Positions 42,696 through 53,800 of a DNA stretch of 64,000 bases are shown here, piece after piece (the stretch's first letter is position 1; each line of letters starts with the position of its first letter). Source of the DNA: Felis catus. Lineage: Eukaryota. The stretch is taken from NCBI RefSeq assembly GCF_018350175.1, contig NC_058368.1:209500001-209564000 (forward strand). The letters are read 5' to 3'. The notes under the pieces are model-generated. The model saw only the letters and a list, made by a program, of their open reading frames with translations. It ran no database searches and was not told where the DNA came from. The position numbers and the translations under genes were made by a program.

Positions 42696-44847
42696 ACGTT
42701 AATCAACTGTTTATGTTATCTGCAAGGCATCCGGTCAACAGTAAGCTACTGGCAGAGAAGTTTCTGGGAGTCCAACGTTATATATAGATTTTCAAGTGTG
42801 TGGTGGCCAGTGCCCCTAACCCCCATGTTGTTAAAGAGTCAACTGTACTATGATACATTAACCTATATAATAAAATTAACTTACTACAATATTATATTAA
42901 CGATTTACTATTATACTATGATATAGTATACTATGATCTATCAAGTAGGTATTCATTATCTTAGTATAGGTATCAGGCTCTTGTAGGGGAGGATTTCAGT
43001 AACTTTTTTTAGAGTAAGAGAGAATTCAGTGTGTTCTTCATAAATAGAAGGTTCTCTCACAAGTAATTATTTGCTATCTTCTCACCCCTCAATCATACAT
43101 ACACCTATTTCTAACATATAGGAAAACTTTATAGAAGCAACCAATGTATTATAGCGAACAACATTTAGTAGTTTAACTGGTACAGTAATAACTGAGGTGA
43201 AATAACTGCTCCCAATATGACCGCAACCATTACCTAACCAAATGAACCCTAGGGTTTAAACACTGTTGACTATTTGAGCTGTTAGAGAAGTACACATTCC
43301 CAGTGAAAACCATTTTCAGTAACTGTTTCATGGTTTAAAGGCCGTGATCTCAAATATAGATGGTATGGGATATTTCTTAAAAGTAGTGACTTAAGTGATA
43401 CAAAATGATACACTGGTTGGAAGGAAGTATGTGGAGGAAGAAAAAAAATTATTTCCTTGGACATGAAGCTAAAATATCATGAGTCATTCTGGAATTGTAA
43501 ATAACCAATCAAATTGTTAATGTGTGTGATTACAGATACTAAGCTGCTAATAACACATAAGGCAGGCTAGCTGATGAACATGCCAGTCTTAAAGACCTCT
43601 TAACTTCATATTATTTTAATTTGGAGACATATTATACATTAGGGTATATCAGGACAATAGTCTAAGAATATTTTAACAATAAAGATACTATTTTTGGCAT
43701 TTCAATATACTGACTGAAGTATAATAGAAGATATTTTTAAAATTTTAAAGGTTTTAAAAGATTATGTTGATTCTCTGTACCCATCCCCCACTTGAAAAAG
43801 AAGAAACAAAGTGATGGTAAGACAGAAGATGAAAGAAGCAGGATGAGAAAAGAAGTCATACTGAGCCAATCTGTAACAGCTATAGAGCAAAATAAGAAAA
43901 AGGGTAAATTAAACAGATATAAATATGAGTAATTTTTCTTGGGATCTTAACAAAAAGTAGGTAGTTGACAGTGTAAAACAAGTTATAACAAATTTTAAGG
44001 GACACAAAGTTGAAAATTGTGTAGCTCTTGGGTTAGGGTCTACTGGTAGGAACATAAAAAATGAACACACAATTTTAACCTGCACACAAATCCTCTTCTG
44101 AAACATGGTGGCAATAGTCATTCAACAGATATTTAATATGCTAATTAAGCACTAGGTATTATGTTAGGTACTGGGATATACACATATCCCCATAGAAATA
44201 AAACAATGTCACTTTACATTTAATATGGTCACACAAACAACACATATAAATAATATTTATTATAAGTTATAAATCTATACCCCTACCATTCAAAATTGAT
44301 CAGCTTAAAGTATACTCAAGGAATTTTAAACTATTCCTAAAGAATGAATATTTTAAATATTGACATCAGGTAAAAATATGTAAAAGACAGAATTTCATGA
44401 CTCTTCCAAGAAAACCTACCAAGAATTTTGGCCTTAGAAATCAACCACAAAAGTATCTCAGCAATACTCAATACAATTCCTTTACTTAGAAAAACACCAA
44501 CATGTCAGAATATGTGATTCCCTGTGACTCTCCAAAAGAAAGTCCCAAGTAATGTGTGCTACACAAAGGGTAGTTATGCCACAACTATGCTTCCTATGTA
44601 ATTAAAAAAAATTCACAATTATGTAACTGTGCTATTGCTAACTTAGTAGCAGACATCTAAGATAAAACCAAAATTAGTATACTAAAAAATAACAGATATG
44701 AATTCTAAGGTATAAATAAAGCCAAATGATATACATGGGATCCTGAAGTGAATCTAAGCATTAAAATAATATTTTTAATGGAAATGTTCACTTAATAATA
44801 ATTGCAGATCTGGTAATATATGTGTGTACATGTACTTGCACATGTGT

Positions 44848-44885
<38 letters not shown>

Positions 44886-47800
44886 CCTACTCTAACAGGC
44901 AGACACACCCAGATAGCCTACTTACTAACATGAATATGTCAAGTATATACATTCATGTTAAAAGTACATTTAGGAGGAACATGAATTAGTACTAAAAAGT
45001 TTACATTCACAGGCAATGAAAAAACCAGGGGAAATAGTACAGCAGTTACTATTAGGAGTACTATATTAGGAGCTATATTCGTTTCTTGATGTTCAGTTGT
45101 AAAGATTCTTTGTTAGGACAGAGCTTAGAAAGCAAGGCTAGCATAAGCTGACAGAGGGCAGGGGAGAAAAAGACGGTCCAGATCAAGGGACAAGAGGGTA
45201 CCACTTTCCATCTTTCTGACTCTTCTAAAATTGTAGCTTATACTATGTATAAGTCATTCCCAAAGTTTCAGTGAAAATTTTAAAAAACAATCTGTATCTA
45301 AATTCTAGTGCTGGCCACTACATTCTAACAACCTCTTTTACATAAGCAAGTAATTCTGAAGAGATGCATCTAAGTCAAATAATAAAGACTATTAGTTACA
45401 CCTGAAGTCTTAATTTTTTAAGTCTGACTGCTATAATTTAAAATCTAAAGCTTCACTACAAAAGGATAAATATTAGTGATAAAGACAATCTTTTTTCATT
45501 TTTGAAACATAAAATTAAAATAGTGAAAAAATAAACATTTGATAAAGACCAAGTAACAGTAAAAAAAAAAAGATCAGTCATGAGAAGCGACTTCTTTGAA
45601 TAAAGAGTTCTTAGTAGTAATACTATGTTTTCATTGAGCTTTTTTTGATAGACAAGATACAACATTTTACAAAAATAATAATAACCATTACACCTTCTGG
45701 ATCTCTTAGTACACTGCAGTGCTACACAACACAACTTTTTATGATGATGCAAATGTCCTCTATGTGTGTAAATAAGGGAGCCACTTGCCACATGTGGCTG
45801 CTGAGAATATGAATTTCTTAATTTTATTTAAAGTAATTTCCATTTAAATAGCCTAAGAGTCTAGTTGGCTATCCTACTAAATAGCACAATTCAAGAGTTT
45901 CATAGTCCTATAAGTAAATATAAATCTAAGTTCTTAATGAACCTCTTTCACAGAAGGAGAACTTAAAAATCAAACTTTCACCTCTATTGTCTTAAAATCT
46001 GTATCTTAATGTATTTATATTGCATGGGCTAAATAGGTCTTGCCAAACACCATCATCAAATTATATATACATATATATTGTATATATACTTATATATTTT
46101 TAAAGCAGTATACAAAGGAATACAAAATTATATTTTCTGCACAAACTGCCATTGTATTTTCAATACTTAAGACTTTCTTTTTCCTGGAAATAATACTACT
46201 CAAGTAACCACAGGATTTAACACAGCAACCATATAATAAACAAAACAAAAAACCCACCCAAACCTCAAAACTAATGATTTAACCCAATTTAAGAGGTGAA
46301 TACTATTCCCTATTACTTTTCCCTAGAAAAGAACAAAACTATATTTTTTAAATAAAACGTCTGTAACTAACCACCTCTCCCACAAAAAGATAATAACCTT
46401 TTATATAACTTTCTAAATTATATAAATTTAAACTATGCATCAATAATTAACATACATAGGTATGTAAGAAAATAGTATTGAGACACAATGTTCTGAAGAG
46501 CTTATAACATTGATTTTTGTACACCATATAGCTTTCCTGAGATGTTAGAAATTAAAATTCAATATACTACCTCCTTACAGAATGGAATACTTCTACAGTC
46601 TGAATAACTTTTTAGGAAGTTGTTATATACATCCATCCTAATCATTCATTTGATTAATAAGCAACTTTCAAAAATACATGAAATAACTAAACAGCAAAAG
46701 AACTTATCTCTGAGTACCAAAGTAAAAATCATGACTACACCGAGTAGTTCAAATAGGGGTGGAAGACAAAGAATTTTCACTGAGAACTTTTTATTTATAT
46801 TACTGAAAACAATTCATTATTGTTTTATATAAATGTTATGTTTTCATGTAGCAGTGCTTCAATTTTTGTAAATTTCCACTTTTTTAATCCTTAGTAACCC
46901 TATAACTTGAAAACTAATTAGAATACAAGTGACATCAGTGTAAGTATTCTTACCTTTATTTGACTTTGATGGTTTATTCTTGATAGGTTTAAGGGAACTT
47001 CTTGATTTATCTTCTCTATCTTTAATAAGTTTCTGAACATCATCCAAAGACAGTTTTTGCAGCACAACTACAGGCTTAGCTCCTTTATTTAGATCTTCAA
47101 CTAATCCCATTTTTTCTACTTTGTCTTTCTGCTCTCCTTTCATTTCCATTTTCTTTGTCTCCTGAGTAATATTACCATCTTTATCCCTCTTGATTTTTGG
47201 AATGACAAAATTTTTCAATGCACCAGACCTGCCCCCCAACAAATAACTTGGAAATTCTGCCTTATTGTCAGGATGAGCTTTGTTACTGTCTACTTTACTC
47301 TTATTGCCCTCTGTCCTTTTGTCATCTTTACTATTTGGTGATTTAAAACCAGGCTTATCAGGTCTTGATTTATTAGAATCTCCTTGTTTAACACGAGGAC
47401 TGTCGGGCCTTGATTTTTGCTCCCCAGAAGATGGTCTTTCCCGTAAGTCCCCTGATTCATGTCTATGTTTTCTTTCTAGTTTATCAGGTTTTGAACCATC
47501 AGATTTAATGCCATGTTCATTTCTATTAGAAGATCTCAATGTTTCTGGTCTTCGAACCCTAGACTGATCCCCTCGATGTCGCTCTGATTCACTCCTGTCA
47601 TCTGATTTTTGTTTACTATCATGGTCGCGTCTTAAGGACTCAGAAATAGATCGCCCATCAGGTCTCTGCTTTAAGGCTTCAGCTCGTTCTGATTTTAACC
47701 GAGGTGAATCAGATTTAATATCCTGTTTATGTTTAGACACTTCAGGTTTTTTGTCTGTTGATGGCTTTCCAGAATCCCTCCTATTTTCGTGCCTATGTTT

Positions 47801-50800
47801 TGGTGTTTCAGGCCGACCTTCATTTTTTTGCTTTGGAGTTTCAGGTCGGCTGTCACCTTTCTGCTTTGGAGTTTCAGGCCGTCCATCACCCTTCTGTTTT
47901 GGGGTTTCAGGGCGCCCATCACTCTTTTGTTTTGGAGTTTCAGGTCGGCTTTCACCCTTTTGCTTTGGGGTTTCGGGTCTTGCCTTTGTTGTTTCTGATC
48001 TGCCATTATTTTGTTTGTTGTCATTTGGTTTTATGTCAGACAGTCTATTTTCATTCTGTTTAGGTTCGGCTGTGGTGCTCTCATTTTGTTTGGATTCAGT
48101 TGTTCTGCTCTCATTCTGTTTCAGTTCTTCTGTTTGTGTCTCAATTTTAGCTTCTAACTTACTTTCATTTGACTTTGTCTCCACCAATCTGTTTTCATTT
48201 GGTTTAGATTCTGTCAATCTACTTTCATTTTGTTTCATTTCACTCTTTGAAAGCTCAGCATCAGACTTTTTTTTAGGAGTCTCAGGATGGTTTTCTGGTG
48301 TAGATTTAAGATTTCCAATAAGATCTTCCTGAAGAACAGAAATAGGTGCATCATTACATGGTTTGATTTCTTCAGGCTTTTTTATGGAGTCTGAATCCTG
48401 AGTTATAGAAGCCTGAGAGTCCACTCTTCCTGCCTGATGAAGATCAATGCTAACCATTAATGCTGGCCTTGACCCATTTCCCGTAGAACCCGTCTCCTGA
48501 GAAGCTGGTCTATTACCTCCTGTAGCACCCCCAGCCTCCTGTGGGTAAGAATCTTGTTTTCTTTTTTTCAAAGGCTTATCTGAAATTTAAAGATAAATAT
48601 TCAGTATCAGTAACAGACACATATTCTTATCTTATTAAAAGCCATAAAGACTTTGATATTTAAGTCGCAATGTTTTTTTTTTAATGTGGTGAATGCAAAT
48701 GTCAATATGCATGTATAAAATAGCAGGCATGAATGACATAATACTATTAAACCAAGGTTTAAGGAAATATTCATGCGTGCAGTACCTCAATAAATATTCA
48801 CGACTACAGTAACAAGTATTTAACAGCGTATTTGTTGAGTATATAAATAAGCCCAAGAGTATAAAAAAACAGAACGTATAATACATTAAATACAAACACA
48901 TATTTATGTTTGTATATATAAAGGGTAAACCAGATTCTTTACATAAGAATAAGGAAACCAGTTATAAATCATATGTTCTCATTTAAGATCATTTTAACCA
49001 TTAACCAAAAACTAAGTACCGCAAATCTGCTGACATACTAAACAGGAAACATAAGGTTTTACAACATGTAAGAGAAGTACGGAAAAGAATAAAACCCAAA
49101 AGAAAATAGAAATCATGCCACTGAAAAAAGATAAATGAGAATAAGGTGGAAAAAAAGAATTAAACAGCTTGTCATTAACCTTTGATTCAGGATTCAAATC
49201 CTTCAAGGTGTCAACAGCACAAATGGAATTTAAAAGCTAACACACAATCAGAAGTATATTTAAAATAAGGAAATACATTAATATTATAAGTATAAAAAAA
49301 TGAGACACATATAAAGACTCTTTAGATAAATCCTGTCTTAATAGCAACTTCCACTTAAGAAAAATGCTTTGGCTCTTCCATGTAAAGTTCTAGGGATCTA
49401 TATACTGGCCTCATTAAGAAACAATTTACAGTATTCTGAAATGTAAAGACAAAAATACACACAAGCACAACTCTACCACCACAATAAAATGCCAAGGTAT
49501 TTTTAACAGTTAGGTACTTCTATGCATGGTTCCACTTGACTCAAGAGGCTGCTAGGTCATTTTCTATAAATTGAATCTCTAGTTAGTTCTTGGAAATAGT
49601 TATATTATAGTACCTTAAGGTTTTGTCTGCTTTAATATTTACTTGCTGAATTACCTAGCTATGTTTTAAAGGTCATTTTAACTCATCTTTGTAAGAGAAC
49701 CTCTAGATTCTCTTATGATATTCATCAATGTGATATAAAACCATTGAAGGAAAACAAGGTTAAAAGACAAACTGACCACTAAAACACAATCCCTTATTGC
49801 TAGAAAACCAAGTTGTGGAAAAAAAAAAAAAATAATAATGGTAATGTTGCTTTTATACACCAAAGTTCTGTCATTTTGTTTTCAAAGTGAGAAGCGGCAG
49901 TTCATTCCAGCTTAAAATCTAGTAAAATATTTTACTAAAATTTACTTCAAATATTTGCTAGTAATTTTTTGTACAAGTCATTCTGCTGCTTATTCAGAAG
50001 TCAAGTCTACCATCACATAAGCTCCATTTGTAAAATAACTATATAATAATAATAAAGTATATTATCATCTATTTTCCCCAGTAAAAACTACCCTGGCAAG
50101 AACTTATATGAAACTTTCTGCATCAGTACTTAAGAAGAAAGCACTCAGAATACTAAATTTATACTTCCATAATTTTATTTTGTAATGTTCTGCCACACAA
50201 AATAATCTTTGTATCTTACCATAGGGCATACCAAATAATTACTACCTCATAAATGGGATGCCTTACAACCTATACCCTTAAATCTTTAGGACAAGAATCT
50301 AGAAATCTAAATAGTATAATCTAGTTGAAGATTTTTTAACATATTTTTCAATGAAACATGCTTGTGAAAGTTATTAAAATGGTAACCTAAGGATACTTAA
50401 GTACTGTAATGACATCACAGATCTCAGGCATCTGAGAATTTCTCTTAAGAAATCTGTGGTTTGTCCTTTTATTAATATGAGCAGTCTTTCTTCTGAACAT
50501 TAACATTAAAATATCTTGAAGGCTAACTTTTAAAGGATTACAAAATACTTAAATGAGTTTATAGATCATTAACCTCATTTCAATTTATAATTTATCAGTA
50601 AAATTAAAATTGGGCATAATTTAATTTCAAAGGAATTGTCATGTTTGACTTATTTATCTTAAACTATAGATGCTACGGTTATAATAAAAATGTATGAAAG
50701 CATTTGCATGTGAGTAATATATTAAGATTGGGAAAGATGTTGTAATTTTTTCTATTATGCACAATATACTGCTAAGTACAAAGTTTTAATTTTTCAACTA

Positions 50801-53800
50801 TTGAAAAGTACTTCACCTCTTCTGTAAAACCGGGAAAAATTCCATTACTGCTGCAAGGATTCTTGAATATGTTAAGAGCACGCAGGTTTGATTCACTTGA
50901 TCTGATTCAGTTCCACCATGAACTTATTCCTGTAAAGTGGCTCTGAATCTGCATGTCACTTTTGTCTATCCACTTTTGTTATCAGTCTTCATTACATCAT
51001 AACCTTCACCTAATGATGGAAAGCCATCTCTATGAAGAATAATTTCAATATTTAGGACGCTGATTATCTTTAAGCCCTCTTCAGCACTGGGTACCATAAG
51101 TTTAGCTATCAGAATGCACAGAGTCCTGAAGAAAATGCATACAAAAAGATACAATATTTTCAAAACCAACAATACTTGCCATCTAGATGCTGATGTGAAA
51201 TGAAAATAAGATCTAGCCATTAGAGAAATTCTGAACTCGATTATGCTTGTAAGAAACAAACTATAACACTTGCTTAAATCTACAAGTGATAACTGAAAAC
51301 ACTTAAAACAGCAGTTATACACATGGTAGCCAATTATGAAAAATGAAAACATCCCATCCCTAAAATGCAGTATAAACTAAGTGGCTAACTGTCCTGTTCC
51401 TGTCTCCTCTCTTATTCCAAATGAGAGTAGGTAATTTACTTTTTATAAGGGTTATAGTGTAAGAATATTGTAACATTCTAAAAAACACTAGTAGCTAGGC
51501 TAGGCCATTCCTCATACTTGCTAACATGGAAAGTGGACCTTGGGAAAAGATGAAATAGGCAAAGATGAACAAAGAAACCCTCTCTTTGAAAAAAGAAAGC
51601 AGGAATTTTCAGCACACGAAGGAGATATTAATGTCTATGATAGATCATCCCAGAAGCAAAGATGAATAGCCTTTTAAAATTAATTTATGTAATTATAGAC
51701 ATTGGAAATATGAGCAAAAGATGGAACAAAAAGGTCCTTTGAGAATATTATAAAATATTAGGTTACAGAAAATTAACCTATCAGTGTATATAAAACTATC
51801 CAAAGAAGGGAGAAAAGGCCACAGGACATCAATACCTAGCAGCCAGAAAAGTGTCCTCTGTACGTGGAACAGAGGTCCATTAGGTCTGCCACAGCTTAGG
51901 TAAAGTATTTCTTAAAATTATTCTATCCTTATCTTGAGTTCCATAATTATCAAACAACCATGTGTGTTAAACTTTCTAATCTTATTGACAAGGTATAGTT
52001 TTTCCATTTCTGATCTACTGAAAGGAATGCTTCTCTCATAACAAATGAATAAAATGGAAACATCTCAGACCCCAGAACAGAGCTCTCAGTAAAACAAGTC
52101 GTGTTGTGTATTCCATACCACCACCAATACAATGGTTATAAAAAAAGTTCTCAGTGCCATACCTTAGAATGCAAGGTAATTATCAATTTCGCAGTTTAAC
52201 CCTAAAACGCAGTGGTAACTAGTAATAAATTCATTTCAAGGAAATATTTCACTTCTCAAGGCCTGACTATAAAACTACTACCACTTCAGACAATGTTGCT
52301 TTTATTTACGATCTTACCTATGATCTTAGAGCAATACACCAGACCTTTAATCTTCCCAAATTTTCAAGATAACTGCTTATACATTAAACACTGTCCCATC
52401 ACACAATGTAGAAACTGAATATAAAATGACAGGATTCAAATCACAGGTGTTTGGTGGCACCTAAATTCCAAAGGTGTTCAAATAAAGCCATGAAACAATG
52501 GGAACATGGCTTTCAGGAAACAAGTCAGAATGACAGTACGAATACGAGGTCGGCAAAATCAGTATAACCAATTTGGAAAAATACACATACTAAATCATCT
52601 ATATCAAACTAAAGACCGAGTAGTTCCAATGAACATTTATCCTTTAATCCTTATAGCACCAGATACTTCTGTAAGTCAACTTACAAAGTTCAAAATTGTA
52701 AATCAGCTCTGTTCACTCAACTTTTCAATTTATCTTTGTTAGAGCCACACTATCACAGATTATGGAGAAAACTGATTAGATAATTAAAAGTAAAATATAT
52801 ATTACAAGTTTCTGAAAGAACAGGATGCTGTTTGCTGAATTTGTTTTATTCTCCCTAAAAAAAGTTACCAGTCTAAAATAAGTTTGCAATTAAGCAGTTA
52901 GCCTTATTTATTATCCTTATTTTCACTTGGTTTTTGAAAGTAAAAACTTAGGCTTCAACAAATGTGATACAATAAAAGTTCAGGAAAGAAAAAACAAGTT
53001 CACCATTTCCTATGTTTTCGTTCCTACCAACTATTTAAAAAAATCACTTAAAAAATTAAGCACCTTTTTAAGAACATAATTTCCCAAAACACAGATTAAA
53101 ATGTCATACAAAAATTCAGTTCTCAAGGCAACTAGTATTTCTCAGTCAAGAAATTACAATTTTGTTTCTTATAAAAACTGTCATAGGATTCAGGAATTTG
53201 GGATTAATATTACCAACAGAAGATAAATAATACTGCTGTCTTTACTTGACATGCATATGCTTTTATAAGAGGTTAGAAGAGGAGATACATTTTGGAACCC
53301 ATATGGTTACTATTTCCTGAACCACACATTACTAAACCAGAAGAATAAGCAACACTTCATTTCATCCTTAACATCAACAGTTTAGCAGTTAAAAAAAAAT
53401 TCCAGTGCCCTAGCCAAAAAAATAAAGACTTCCACCAATCTCTTTACTTGCACCAATCTGTGATTCAGGCACTTAGAAAGCATCATAGAACAACAATTAC
53501 TAAATAAGGTCTATTTTTTCAATAATGTTAAAAAGAGCCATCATGAGAGACAGGAAATACAATAAAAATCTTCAGCATGTTTCTTAGCGTAGAAACATAA
53601 TTATCTAGAAATGATCCTGTCATATAATGAACAAGATCATATCTAAAAAAGAGTTCTAACGAACACGAAAAAGTTTTGTTTTATAATTATCAAAAAGAAA
53701 ATATGAGAACTATATGTCAATCTAGAATATTTAACTAGAAAATTGAATCATATAGTATGCTTTGGTTTGGGTAGTCAAATGTGTATATGAATTTGTAAAT

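Noticed and set aside
47280..48332. Plus-strand ORFs up to 193 aa with repeated CFGVSGR
   Set aside because: Antisense shadow of the exon 10 33-bp repeat; no independent gene signals
50817..50929. Alternative cryptic exon (ttacag|GAAT...GAG|gtgaag) just downstream of the 51125 candidate
   Set aside because: Poor pyrimidine tract with upstream AGs and a weak donor; much weaker than the 51125 acceptor
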